48,196 nucleotides of DNA from Candidatus Micrarchaeota archaeon (GCA_964419095.1 CAYQOG010000003.1:1-48196), one strand, 5' to 3'; positions 38,472-48,170 are shown, counted from the first letter of the stretch. Made by a program: numbers and translations. The notes: generated by a model from the sequence alone, not told the origin.

Positions 38472-39659
38472 ATGGAAACAGAGATCAATACCAATGCAAA
38501 ACCTTCTGTAGTCCTGAGCGTTTCTGACAAGCTCATGATGCTCAGGGGCATGTTCAGTTCCGATTATTACATAAAATCGGTGCGGCCCATGATGTACAAA
38601 AAGGCCGGCGGAGACCCTGAAAGGGTACAGGAACTCGTTCTCAACGCATTGGCATCCAACAATTCAGGCCTTTCGCTTGTCTCGCGCCTCTTCAGCACAC
38701 CGCCTGAGCTGGAGATAGAGGTCAACGGGCGCAAAATCATCCCTTTCGGCACAGCTGCAGGCCTTGACAAGACCGGCGATGCAATGCTCCCGCTTTCAAG
38801 GTTCTTCGGATTCCTCGAGCCAGGAACAGTCATAGTCAATCCAAGAGAAGGAAACGCAAGGCCGAGGGTTGCGACCGACGATCCGAATCTTGACATATAC
38901 AACGCGCAGGGGTTTCCGAGCAAGGGACTCGATTACTTCCTCAAGAACATTATCGAATACAGGAAACAGAAGGGAAATGCGGCAGTATACGTCAGCATAT
39001 GCGGCATGCCGATCTCAAGGCAGAATGCAGTTGAGCTTGCAATGAGCGAGATGAAAACCCTGCTGAAGAGCCTTGAGCCTTATGTAGACGGGTTTGTATG
39101 GAACTGCGCATCTCCCAATACCGAGGCGCTAAAGACATTGAGGGATCCGCAGATATTCTCGGACACATCGGCGCTGATGAAAGAGCTTGCTCCCGGCAAG
39201 TTGCGGCTCGTGAAGATCTGGCCTTATGAAGCTGGAGAACGGGAATCTACATTCAAGGTATTGGACGGCTTTATCGAAGGCGGAGGGCATGGCATCGTTA
39301 CAACGAACACCAAGATGTTTCCAAAGGAGCAGGTGCCAATGGCGAATTGGGGATACAAGTCTGCAGGAAGGAGCGGCAAGTTTCTCAAGGAGTACAGGCT
39401 GCGCAGCGTAAAGGATCTTCGCGAATCATTCCCTGATTCATTCATTGTGGCAGCAGGGGGCATCTATGACGGCGATGACGCTTACGAGACTTTCAAGCTT
39501 GGCGCGGACATGCTGGAAGGCTACACCCCTTATGCCTTTTATGGGATTGGGTTGCTAAAGGATATAGAGAAAAAGGTCCTTGAGAACCTGAGGAAGGAAG
39601 GGTATTCGAACCTCAAGGAAATGATGGCAGCAACGAAACATGCAAAGGTGCAACGATGA
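38472..39659 (+). CDS. pyrD: Dihydroorotate dehydrogenase, class 2-like
   Basis: AAGLDK, GTV..NPREGNARPR, NAQGFPSKG, NCASPNT, TTNT, GRSG, AAGGI. Confidence 0.85.
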   Translation: METEINTNAKPSVVLSVSDKLMMLRGMFSSDYYIKSVRPMMYKKAGGDPERVQELVLNALASNNSGLSLVSRLFSTPPELEIEVNGRKIIPFGTAAGLDKTGDAMLPLSRFFGFLEPGTVIVNPREGNARPRVATDDPNLDIYNAQGFPSKGLDYFLKNIIEYRKQKGNAAVYVSICGMPISRQNAVELAMSEMKTLLKSLEPYVDGFVWNCASPNTEALKTLRDPQIFSDTSALMKELAPGKLRLVKIWPYEAGERESTFKVLDGFIEGGGHGIVTTNTKMFPKEQVPMANWGYKSAGRSGKFLKEYRLRSVKDLRESFPDSFIVAAGGIYDGDDAYETFKLGADMLEGYTPYAFYGIGLLKDIEKKVLENLRKEGYSNLKEMMAATKHAKVQR

Positions 39660-40639
39660 GCGAGAAGCACATAGACCCTCATGTGCATTGCAGGGATTGG
39701 GAGCAGTCTTACAAGGCTACTATAAGATCTGTTACTGATATCGCGCGGAGCCAGGGAGTGGTTGCGTTCATAGACATGCCGAATACAAGCCCTGCGATAA
39801 CAACCGCAGAGCTTGTGGACAGAAGGCTTGAAACCGCGAAGAGGGAGGGATGCCTTGAGGGCTACTATCTCAACATAGGAGCTACAAGGAATCCGGACCA
39901 GATAAGGGAGGCAGTGAAAATAATCGACGAGAATCCAAAGGTCGCAGGCATGAAGCTCTATGCTGGCAAGTCCGTAGGAGAGCTTGAGGTGCCTGACGAG
40001 CAGGGGCAGAGGATCGTTTACAAGACTCTGGCAGAAGTAGGATACAAGGGCGTCATATCTGTGCACTGCGAAAAGGAGAGCATGTTCAAAATGGGAGCAT
40101 GGGATATGACAATCCCAAGCACATGGGGAGTTGCGAGGCCGCGTGAGGCTGAAGTTGAATCGGTCAGGGAACAAATAGCAATGATGCTCGAATTCAAAGT
40201 CCAGGCGCACATGCACGTGTGCCACATCTCAGTGCCAGAATCGGTAATGCTTGTGGACGGCGCAAGGAATGACATTTTTATAAGCTGCGGCGCCACGCCG
40301 CATCACCTGACGCTTTCCTCGGAGGGCCTGCTTACTGTGCTTAACCTTGAGTCAAAGGTGAATCCGCCTATAAGACCTCACTCAGACATGAGAAAACTCA
40401 GGCAACTGCTCAAGGCGGGAAAGATAGATATGATAGAGACGGACCATGCGCCCCATGCGCCGGAAGAGAAGGTTTACAATCCTAACAAGCCAAACGCATC
40501 TTACATGTCGGGAATTCCGAGCCTCAACAACTACAGGACTCTCCTTGACGGCTTGATGGAGAATGGTTTTACGGAAGGGCAGATAGGCAAGATAACTTAC
40601 GAGAACGTAAAGAAGGTATTTACAAAGATAACGGAATGA
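39656..40639 (+). CDS. pyrC: Dihydroorotase
   Basis: DPHVHCRD, DMPNT, VHCE, HVCHIS, TPHHL, KVNPP, TDHAPH. Confidence 0.93.
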   Translation: MSEKHIDPHVHCRDWEQSYKATIRSVTDIARSQGVVAFIDMPNTSPAITTAELVDRRLETAKREGCLEGYYLNIGATRNPDQIREAVKIIDENPKVAGMKLYAGKSVGELEVPDEQGQRIVYKTLAEVGYKGVISVHCEKESMFKMGAWDMTIPSTWGVARPREAEVESVREQIAMMLEFKVQAHMHVCHISVPESVMLVDGARNDIFISCGATPHHLTLSSEGLLTVLNLESKVNPPIRPHSDMRKLRQLLKAGKIDMIETDHAPHAPEEKVYNPNKPNASYMSGIPSLNNYRTLLDGLMENGFTEGQIGKITYENVKKVFTKITE

Positions 40640-40641
40640 TT

Positions 40642-41307
40642 TCAGAGTCCTTTCCACTCCTTGTAGAACGTATCCAGGTACTTCTTCATGAATTCCTCCC
40701 TTTCTTTTGCGATCTCCTTTCCTGTCTTTGTGTTCATCTGGCCCCGCAGGAGGAATAGTTTCTCGTAGAAGTGGTTCACTGTGGTTGATTTTGCATGGGC
40801 TTTCCTGAAATGCTCAAAGTTCTTGTAAGCCATTGGCCTTATTTTGGGATTGTAGAGCTCCCTGCCCTTTGAGCCTCCGTATGCGAACGCCCTTGCGATG
40901 CCTATCGCACCGAGCGCATCTATCCTGTCGGCATCCTGTACTATCATGCCCTCTTTCGTATCAAGGACTTTTCCGAATCCGCCTTTGAAAGAGATATTAT
41001 CGACTATGTAGCATACTTTTCCTATTGTCTTTTCGTTGACTTTAAGTTTCCTGAGCAATGACTTTGCAACTCTTCCGCCTTTTTCAGTATCCCCGTTGCT
41101 GAATTTCCAGTCTGCAACGTCGTGAAGAAGGGCTGCAAGCTGCACTTCGAATATACCTGCGCTTTTCTCGCGCCTGGCTATGTAGAGTGCATTTCTCCAT
41201 ACACGATAGACGTGCCACCAGTCATGTCCCGTGCCTTCTCCCTCCATCCTTGCTTTAATCTGCTGGGCCAATATCGCAACTGTCCTCTTTTCCTTTGAGC
41301 TCTCCAC
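40642..41307 (-). CDS. HD-domain phosphohydrolase
   Basis: GHDWWHVYRV, LLHDVAD, QDADRIDALGAIG, HFYEKL. Confidence 0.9.
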   Translation of the reverse strand: MESSKEKRTVAILAQQIKARMEGEGTGHDWWHVYRVWRNALYIARREKSAGIFEVQLAALLHDVADWKFSNGDTEKGGRVAKSLLRKLKVNEKTIGKVCYIVDNISFKGGFGKVLDTKEGMIVQDADRIDALGAIGIARAFAYGGSKGRELYNPKIRPMAYKNFEHFRKAHAKSTTVNHFYEKLFLLRGQMNTKTGKEIAKEREEFMKKYLDTFYKEWKGL

Positions 41308-41456
41308 GCTACCGGATTATCTTTGGAGGCATCTTTTAATATTAGGATATGCAGGTTCTTTGATATGATCGGTTTTGAGAGCACAAAACGCAAGAAACGT
41401 TTATATAGAACCTCCTTCAATTTGTATCGTTTCCTTGCAAGTGAAAGTGAATTATA

Positions 41457-41783
41457 ATGAGTTCTAGTTTCAGGCAGCCGGTTGATAAGAAAGCCAGATC
41501 AGAGCAGGAAGACCCTACGCTCAAGCTTGCCGTGCTTCGGGACAGGATGAGCGCAATGCTGCGCGTTACATTGTCGGATGTTGCAGAGCGCACTGAGCTT
41601 GCAGCCGACGCAGGGCAGATCAAGCGCAGGCTGGGCATGCCGATACTCGATATGCAACGAGAGAAAGTTGTGATTGAAGAGGCAGGAAAGTACGCAGAGA
41701 CTCTGGGACTTTCCAAGGAGGAGGGGGAGGAATTGGCGCTTCTGGTCATTAGAATCGCAAGGCGCAGGCAGGAGGAGGCTTAG
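41457..41783 (+). CDS. Chorismate mutase type II (AroQ-like)
   Basis: LAVLRDRM...AERTELA..AGQIK...PILDMQREKVV...ARRRQ. Confidence 0.75.
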   Translation: MSSSFRQPVDKKARSEQEDPTLKLAVLRDRMSAMLRVTLSDVAERTELAADAGQIKRRLGMPILDMQREKVVIEEAGKYAETLGLSKEEGEELALLVIRIARRRQEEA

Positions 41784-41869
41784 GGCCTCTTCATCAGCAC
41801 CGGGACTTTCGCGGTGACGCAGAAGACGAAGGATGTCAAGGCGGCAGCAGCATAGGTTTTGATTGCGAA

Positions 41870-41963
41870 TGCGAACGCCGGGATTTGAACCCGGGTTTTT
41901 GGCTCTCTTCTTTAAAAGTTTTAAATGGAAGGCCAGAGTCCTACCAGGCTAGACTACGTTCGC
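41870..41963 (-). tRNA. tRNA-Gly(UCC) with a 21-nt intron at 37/38 (41905-41925)
   Basis: GCGAACG/CGTTCGC acceptor; CTTCCA|intron|A; BHB helix CTTC/GAAG. Confidence 0.93.
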
Positions 41964-42006
41964 ATATGTGCTTTAGGATATTCCTGCGCAAATTTATAAA
42001 ACAGCC

Positions 42007-42585
42007 TCAGTACCACGACTTTCTCTCCATCTCTGGCGTTTTCGGTTGCTTTTTTATTTCCGCAAGCACCTTAAGGACTTTTGCTTTGCTGCTCTTTTCA
42101 TCTATTCCCCTCAACTTGGACTTTACATGTTTCAATGAAACCTTCTCATACTCTTTCGCTTTCCCGAGTATATTCCCGGAGGTGCGCGAAGCCACGAATT
42201 TCATCATGTAACCATTACCGTAGAGCTTCCTGAATATGTATTCCGACCTTGGGAGATGGAATTCAGAGGTCACTATTACGATTGAACTGCCCTTCCTTAT
42301 CAAGGGCCTAGAGAAGAAGGCATTTCCTATCGTATTCTTAGACTTGCACTCTGCCTTTATCGCGTTTTTAGGTATGCCGTGTTTTACCAGGTAGGTCATC
42401 ATCTCCTCCCCCTCGGTCTTTCCCGACCTTGTGCGGAGGCCTCCTCCCGATACAATTATTTTTCCCGCTATTCCTTTCCTGTAGAGTCTTATCGCGACTT
42501 TGAGCCTGGAGCTTAGCATCTGGTACTGCTGGGCTGTCTTGTTCGGGTATCCGAGGACTAGAATGCAGTCGAACTTGCTGCCCAT
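42007..42585 (-). CDS. YdcF/DUF218 (ElyC/SanA-like) protein
   Basis: ILVLG, IIVSGG, EGEEM, SKNTIGNA, VTSEFHLPRS. Confidence 0.88.
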   Translation of the reverse strand: MGSKFDCILVLGYPNKTAQQYQMLSSRLKVAIRLYRKGIAGKIIVSGGGLRTRSGKTEGEEMMTYLVKHGIPKNAIKAECKSKNTIGNAFFSRPLIRKGSSIVIVTSEFHLPRSEYIFRKLYGNGYMMKFVASRTSGNILGKAKEYEKVSLKHVKSKLRGIDEKSSKAKVLKVLAEIKKQPKTPEMERKSWY

Positions 42586-42611
42586 GCTCTCAGCAACATT
42601 AACAAAAAGGA

Positions 42612-43118
42612 TTAAACTCTCCTTCCTCTCCGTCCGCCCGGCCTTTTCGTGGTATCGGTGGGCATAGGCGTCACGTCCTCTATGCTTCCTATCCTGAATC
42701 CGGACCTCGCAAGCGCCCTGACCACAGCCTGCGCGCCGTGGCCAGGAGTCTTTGAGCTGTGCCCGCCAGGCGCCCTTATCTTTATGTTAATATGAGTCAC
42801 TCCCTTTTCGATTGCAGCCGCAGAGACTTTGTAAGCCGCCTGCATTGCCGCGTAAGGGGATCCTTCCTCGTGGTCCGCGTCGACTACCATGCCTCCGCTT
42901 CCAACCGCAATTGTTTCAGCGCCGGATAGGTCTGTGACCGTAATTATGGTATTGTTCTTCGATGAGTATACATGAGCGACGCCCCACCTTGTCCCCTTGG
43001 GCTTGACTCTCTGCTGCACGTCCGCTACAACGTTCTCGTATGCCACAAGTCCCTTCTTAGATTCCTTCTGCTTCTGCTGGGTCTGCTCTGCCTGCTTCTT
43101 TGTCTTCGGGCTTGCCAT
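42612..43118 (-). CDS. rps11: 30S ribosomal protein S11
   Basis: [31 protein letters not shown]. Confidence 0.97.
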   Translation of the reverse strand: MASPKTKKQAEQTQQKQKESKKGLVAYENVVADVQQRVKPKGTRWGVAHVYSSKNNTIITVTDLSGAETIAVGSGGMVVDADHEEGSPYAAMQAAYKVSAAAIEKGVTHINIKIRAPGGHSSKTPGHGAQAVVRALARSGFRIGSIEDVTPMPTDTTKRPGGRRGRRV

Positions 43119-43120
43119 GA

Positions 43121-43672
43121 TTATTCACTTTTTGCCTCAGGCTTTGGAGCCGCAGGCGCATGCACAGCCCCTGCCGCATCCTTCTTTGGATTGTGGTCCA
43201 GGTTTATAGGTTTGTAGTATGCGATCCTCTCCTCCTCCATCCTTGTGACCAGGTATCCAGGTGCATTGACCTTTCTCCCTTCTATTGCAATGAATCCGTG
43301 GGCAATTAACTGCCTTGCCTGTCCGACTGTCTTTGCAAGCCCCTTCTTGAAGACTATCGACTGGAGCCTTCTGTCGAGAATTGCCTCGGGGCTCACTATC
43401 AGCAAGTCATCGAGACTTGCGCCCTGTTTGACTATGCCGTATCTGACTAACCTTGCGATTATTGAGTTACCGACCACTTCGGTTGCCCTCCCTGCAAGAA
43501 CCTCTCTCACATTCCTTCTTATTTTACCGACTTCCGTTGTAGCTTTCCAGAGTTCGTGCATGTTGCCTAATCCGTATTTGTCGCGTATGCCGTGCTCGCG
43601 CTCAATTCTCTCCTTATTCCACATCAGATTAGTAGTCTCGTACTTCCTCCTTATTTTTCTGGGGTCTCCCAT
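43121..43672 (-). CDS. rps4: 30S ribosomal protein S4
   Basis: [22 protein letters not shown]. Confidence 0.96.
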   Translation of the reverse strand: MGDPRKIRRKYETTNLMWNKERIEREHGIRDKYGLGNMHELWKATTEVGKIRRNVREVLAGRATEVVGNSIIARLVRYGIVKQGASLDDLLIVSPEAILDRRLQSIVFKKGLAKTVGQARQLIAHGFIAIEGRKVNAPGYLVTRMEEERIAYYKPINLDHNPKKDAAGAVHAPAAPKPEAKSE

Positions 43673-43681
43673 TCATTCACC

Positions 43682-44335
43682 TTACTTTGCTGGCTTCTCA
43701 GCCGGCTTTGCCGCTGGTGCGGCTGCGGCAGGCTTTCCGGCCGGTGCTGCACCGGCAGGTGCGGCTCCGGCAGCAGGCGCTGCGCCAGGAGCAGCAGACG
43801 ATGCTCCAGGAGTAGGCTTTCCGCCTGACGGCTTTGCCGCTGCCTCGACCTTTGCCTTGGTGACTCCTACAGTCGCTCCAGTTCTGCCAGTGGACCTTGT
43901 TCTCTGTCCCCTGACTCTCTGGCCGTACATGTGCCTGAATCCCCTGTAAGTCTGGTTTCTAATATCACGGTCTATGTCCTGCTTGACTACGACTGTCTGA
44001 TCAACTCCAATCACATGAATGTCCATTCCGGATTCGAGATCCTTTCTCCTGTTGAGCATGAAGTTTGGAATTCCTGCCTTTGTAGGATTTCTCATCATAT
44101 CTTCGATCTGCGCCGTCTGCTGGTCCGTGAGGTTGCCTATCTTGTCAGTCATCTTTATTCCGTGCTGCCTCTCTACTGCGAGGGCAATGGCCCTTGCCAT
44201 GTTGTATCCGATTCCCTTGATCTGCATCAACGCGCCTATGATGCTGTGGCTACCGCGGATGTCCCTTCCTGCCATCCTGATTATGCCGAGCTCATCGCCC
44301 TTCTGCTCTTTTTGCGGACCTTTTCCTTCAGCCAT
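43682..44335 (-). CDS. rps13: 30S ribosomal protein S13
   Basis: IKGIG, LNRRKD, YRGFRH, VRGQRTRSTGR; start set at MAEGK. Confidence 0.96.
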   Translation of the reverse strand: MAEGKGPQKEQKGDELGIIRMAGRDIRGSHSIIGALMQIKGIGYNMARAIALAVERQHGIKMTDKIGNLTDQQTAQIEDMMRNPTKAGIPNFMLNRRKDLESGMDIHVIGVDQTVVVKQDIDRDIRNQTYRGFRHMYGQRVRGQRTRSTGRTGATVGVTKAKVEAAAKPSGGKPTPGASSAAPGAAPAAGAAPAGAAPAGKPAAAAPAAKPAEKPAK

Positions 44336-44347
44336 ATTAAACACCAA

Positions 44348-44460
44348 CGCCAGGGTTGGGATATTCAGCATGTTGCTTTTGAACCCAAAAGACTCAGAGA
44401 GTCATGCGCTGACTGGAATACATTCCAGGCGCACGCGTTACCGGATTCTGCCACCCTGGC
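44348..44460 (-). tRNA. tRNA-Ser(GGA) with two introns (44411-44422 at 37/38; 44362-44377 at 59/60)
   Basis: GCCAGGG/CCCTGGC acceptor with G73; TGCGC/GCGCA anticodon stem; long variable arm; 85 nt after splicing; usual position upstream of rps13. Confidence 0.9.
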
Positions 44461-44638
44461 AAGATGAATAAGCATTGTTACCTTTAGCTTATTAAAATTT
44501 GCCATGAAGGCGGCTTTAACAATATACTATGCTTGGAAAGGGTATATAAAAGTTGCCCTAGCTCTGTCGCCTATTATTTGACCAGGCAAAATACTAGGCA
44601 AACTATATAAGGAATCGGGCAAATTAGCATCTGGTAAG

Positions 44639-45022
44639 ATGCTGAAGCAGAATAATCCGCTTAACATGGAAGACCGTCTCTTCATGGTCAGGTTTCCCGA
44701 GATAAAGCGCGAAAACCACCCGGCCAGTGTCGCTGCCTACAAAGGGCTTCTCAACGCCCTGAGAAAAGACTCGGAGTTCTACTATGAAGGAAGAGGCTTT
44801 GCATACCAGGCAAAACAGCTTGCGCAGATCGCAAGGCACGCGGCGCAGAACTCAAGGAGGGGGCTTGTGTACTACCAGGACAACGAGCGCAGGAACACTA
44901 GGGCTTATTACACAAGGAGAGGCGCATCCGAGAAGCGCGGTTACCACTCGGGGCCTATAAGCGTGTTCAGGATCAGGCGGGCAGACCGCCTAAAGCAGAT
45001 GCATGTCAAGGTGCTTGCCTAA
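44639..45022 (+). CDS. Hypothetical basic protein
   Basis: 127-aa ORF after a TATA-like element (~44604). Confidence 0.6.
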   Translation: MLKQNNPLNMEDRLFMVRFPEIKRENHPASVAAYKGLLNALRKDSEFYYEGRGFAYQAKQLAQIARHAAQNSRRGLVYYQDNERRNTRAYYTRRGASEKRGYHSGPISVFRIRRADRLKQMHVKVLA

Positions 45023-45063
45023 GTTACAGTTAAATAGTTTTCCCATGAAGTAAGTATGATAAG

Positions 45064-45909
45064 ATGCGCTTGAATAATTATACGCTCTTCTCCATCGCAC
45101 TCATCTCGGTTCTTGCGCTTGGAGTAAGCGCTAAGCCTTATCTTACAGTACAAGGCCCTGTGAACGGGACGCTTTACCAGAACGGCAGCGTCTTCCTCGG
45201 GAATCTTGGACCCGGCCAGAGCTTCTACATAGAGGCTTCTCCTTCCACTGCCAATGCAAGCGGAGCATATGTCAACGTAGGCTGGGACACGCTCGAGGCA
45301 TTGAACTTGCCGCAGGGATGGTCTGCGCAGGCGTCTCCTCTATACGAGAATCCGATGAAACTGAAGATCACGGCCTCGCCTTATGCGCAGGGAGGCCGCT
45401 ACAACCTCACGATCAGGGCAGTAAACCTCCAGAACTATTCAAAGATCGGAAACCTCACAATAAATGCGGAGGTCAATGTAACGCAGAATGTATTCAACCT
45501 CTCAGTTACGCCAGGCGTAGTCGATACGGGAGTAAGCCTGCCCACAAACCTCTACATAAAGATAAACAACACGGGCATTTCTGAAGACCCGTTCCTCATA
45601 AACATAAACGGCCTGCCCGCATGGAATGTCTCTGAGGAGGTAATAGCGCAGCATTCCGCCGTTTCGACGTTCGTTTATCCGGTATATGTCGATGAACCAG
45701 GAATCTATCATATCAACCTCACGGCAACATCTGCTACAAGCCCTCTCATAACAAGATCATATCCAATAATGCTGAATGCGCAGGCTAGCCTCCTGAATGA
45801 CTATTATGCGGTGGGCCAGGGAGTTGTAATCTCTCCGGTCATAATGGAACCGGCATACTCGTTCATGCTCCTCCTATCCGATTGCTACAGACTCTTGACA
45901 GGCCAATGA
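45064..45909 (+). CDS. Secreted beta-sandwich hypothetical protein
   Basis: Signal peptide, LPQGWS, GRYNLTI and many N-x-S/T sequons. Confidence 0.75.
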   Translation: MRLNNYTLFSIALISVLALGVSAKPYLTVQGPVNGTLYQNGSVFLGNLGPGQSFYIEASPSTANASGAYVNVGWDTLEALNLPQGWSAQASPLYENPMKLKITASPYAQGGRYNLTIRAVNLQNYSKIGNLTINAEVNVTQNVFNLSVTPGVVDTGVSLPTNLYIKINNTGISEDPFLININGLPAWNVSEEVIAQHSAVSTFVYPVYVDEPGIYHINLTATSATSPLITRSYPIMLNAQASLLNDYYAVGQGVVISPVIMEPAYSFMLLLSDCYRLLTGQ

Positions 45910-45919
45910 AGGTGAATAG

Positions 45920-46615
45920 ATGCCAAAGAGCAAGTCTAAGCATGGTAAAGGTATACTTTACGTCAAGCTGGCTTCGATGACTGACCTTGCAAGGTACGCA
46001 TACAACTTCGACTTCAGCTCGAAGAGCCTCATACTCAGCAAACAGGGAAGCAGTTCGAAGCTCATTGCGTTGGGAGAGTGCATCAAGGAGTCGGTGCTGG
46101 CATACTACGTGAACGTGGATGCGCCGCACAGCTTCATACACTATACCTTCCCCGCATCTTCCAGCGAATCGGAGCTTGCAAGGTTTGCGGAAAGGGCCGT
46201 GGAGGGATCAGAGAAGGACTACATAAACATATTCAAGGTCGATCTGGGCGAATTCAGGGAGCTCAAGTCACTTGGCAAGGATGACGTGCTGCAGATACGG
46301 ATGGATTCTGCAGAGGATCTGGTCCATGCTGTCGCAAAGAGATCTGTGAGGGAGGAGTCCTTTGCAAGTCTATATTTCTTCGAGAAGAACGGCAGGCAGT
46401 TCGTCTGCGCCTTCGACCTCATAGACGAATTGAACGATGATAGGAAAACCTTTTATTATGCGGCGGTAAAAGATAAAAAGAGAGGAGGCTTCGCGAAGTA
46501 CGGCTATGCTGACAACACCTTCGGTTTCACCGACACAGTGGGGGAGCACTCCTACATCTACATAAAGATAATAAATCTTGCAGAGCCTTTCCAATTCTTC
46601 AAAATGCCCGATTAG
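45920..46615 (+). CDS. Hypothetical protein
   Basis: 231-aa ORF with a GGTGA SD; host-like codon usage. Confidence 0.75.
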   Translation: MPKSKSKHGKGILYVKLASMTDLARYAYNFDFSSKSLILSKQGSSSKLIALGECIKESVLAYYVNVDAPHSFIHYTFPASSSESELARFAERAVEGSEKDYINIFKVDLGEFRELKSLGKDDVLQIRMDSAEDLVHAVAKRSVREESFASLYFFEKNGRQFVCAFDLIDELNDDRKTFYYAAVKDKKRGGFAKYGYADNTFGFTDTVGEHSYIYIKIINLAEPFQFFKMPD

Positions 46616-46677
46616 CTCAGTGGTAGAGCGCTTGGCTGTTAACCAGGATGTCGCAGGTTCGATCCCTGCATCGGGCG
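46606..46677 (+). tRNA. tRNA-Asn(GUU)
   Basis: GCCCGAT/ATCGGGC acceptor, CTTGG-CTGTTAA-CCAGG anticodon arm, GTTCGAT T-loop. Confidence 0.96.
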
Positions 46678-46690
46678 TAAAAATATTGAT

Positions 46691-47391
46691 ATGATGGATC
46701 TAAAAGGAAAGGTTGTTGTAATAACTGGGGCAAGCAAGGGACTTGGTAGGGCTATTGCCGAAACTCTTTCTAAAGAAGGTTGCAAAGTTGTAGTAAGTGC
46801 AAGATCGAAAGACGTACTGGACAAGCTTGCATCTGAAATTAAGGGATTAGCAATAGAAGCAGATGTAAGGAACGAGCAGGATATGCTTAATCTTCAGACC
46901 AAACTGCCAAAAAGTTTGCACGAATTGACATCTGGATAAACAACGCAGGTGTTAGGATACCGCATGACATAGTGGAAAATATAAACTGGGAGAGAGCACA
47001 TGACATGTTGGAGGTAAATTACTTTGGAACAGCTTATGGTTCAAAAGCGGCTCTAAAATATATGAAAAACAGGGAGAAGGCACTATTGTGAACATTCTTT
47101 CTACAAGTGCATTGAAGGGCAACCCTAAATCATCTGCATATGCGGCGAGCAAATATGCCCAAAAAGGATTTACCGATGCCCTTAGAAATGAGGTAAGAGG
47201 GGATAACATAACGGTAATAGGAATATTTCATGGAGGAATGAAAACTGATTTCTTCAATGAGCAGGTACCAGATGAGTTTGATAGGTATATGGACCCTGTT
47301 TCAGTTGCCCAGAAGATAGTTACCAACTTAAAGATTATTAAAGTTGGAAAAACCCGAAGAGGAGCAAATACTAAAGAGACCAGCCCAGTAA
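46691..47391 (+). pseudogene. SDR oxidoreductase pseudogene
   Basis: TGASKGLG, IDIWINNAG and YAASK lie in different frames; shifts near 46893, 47068 and 47335. Confidence 0.85.
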
Positions 47392-47745
47392 TCAACGTCT
47401 TTTGTATCCGAACTTCTTATTGTACTTATCATGGTCCATTATGTCCAATACAAATGCGACTATCTCTACTTCAGTTTCATCGTTAGTAAGAGTGTATAGC
47501 ATCCTCCAAAAATCAGACAGCTCAACGTGAAATAAGTTGGTAACCCCGTATCGCACTACATATTCATTAGGTATCAGCTTCTTTGCAATGGGATTTCCAT
47601 AGTGTGGGTTATTCTTTATCATTTCCTTCTTCTTATTTATAGAATTGAGTATGCTTCGTTCTATCTTTGACTTAGGAGCTTCCTTCTCAAGATAAGCGTA
47701 AGCCTCCTCAGCCTCTGGAGAGAGCACAATCTTAACAGATTTCAT
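47392..47745 (-). CDS. RelE/ParE-like toxin
   Basis: 117 aa; IKNNPHYG...LFHVELSDFWRMLYTL...VLDIMDHDKY; overlaps the upstream partner. Confidence 0.7.
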   Translation of the reverse strand: MKSVKIVLSPEAEEAYAYLEKEAPKSKIERSILNSINKKKEMIKNNPHYGNPIAKKLIPNEYVVRYGVTNLFHVELSDFWRMLYTLTNDETEVEIVAFVLDIMDHDKYNKKFGYKRR

Positions 47746-48020
47746 ATCTGCCGCCCTTCTATTATTGCCTTTCTTAGATTAGTATTTGTATTGTGCACCC
47801 AGGTTATTCCCTTAAGAGTAACAATTATCTTTCCACTTGTCTCAAGATACTCTAGAATAACCATCAGAGTATTGTGATTGACCTGCTTTGGTAAATTCTT
47901 TTTTATTTCAGCAATAGTTATTATTGAATTCTTAGCATCCTTTATGACGTCCTCTACCATAATGACAGTATTCAGCGTGGGTGAAGGCCTTATCTTTTGC
48001 ACTACAGCTGTTCTAGCCAT
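47742..48020 (-). CDS. Winged-helix protein, putative antitoxin
   Basis: ITIAEIKKNLP...TLMVILEYLETSGKI; ATGA overlap with the toxin. Confidence 0.65.
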   Translation of the reverse strand: MARTAVVQKIRPSPTLNTVIMVEDVIKDAKNSIITIAEIKKNLPKQVNHNTLMVILEYLETSGKIIVTLKGITWVHNTNTNLRKAIIEGRQI

Positions 48021-48150
48021 AAGAATCACTTATTGTTATTGATTAGTAAGTATTAGATATTAATAGATATATAAACCTTTCTATCGGGCACACCAGCAAA
48101 CAATAGTATTCGCTATTAAATACCGTTGTTTCGGCAACAGAATTAAAGAA

Positions 48151-48170
48151 CCCACACCTAAAGGTGTGGG
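48151..48170. repeat. Perfect hairpin CCCACACCT-AA-AGGTGTGGG, IS200/IS605-end-like
   Basis: 9-bp inverted repeat in AAGAAC...GGGATTT context at the window edge. Confidence 0.5.

Noticed and set aside
44336-44371. ORF-track start of rps13 at 44371
   Set aside because: That ATG lies inside the tRNA-Ser T-loop intron; 44335 is the plausible start.
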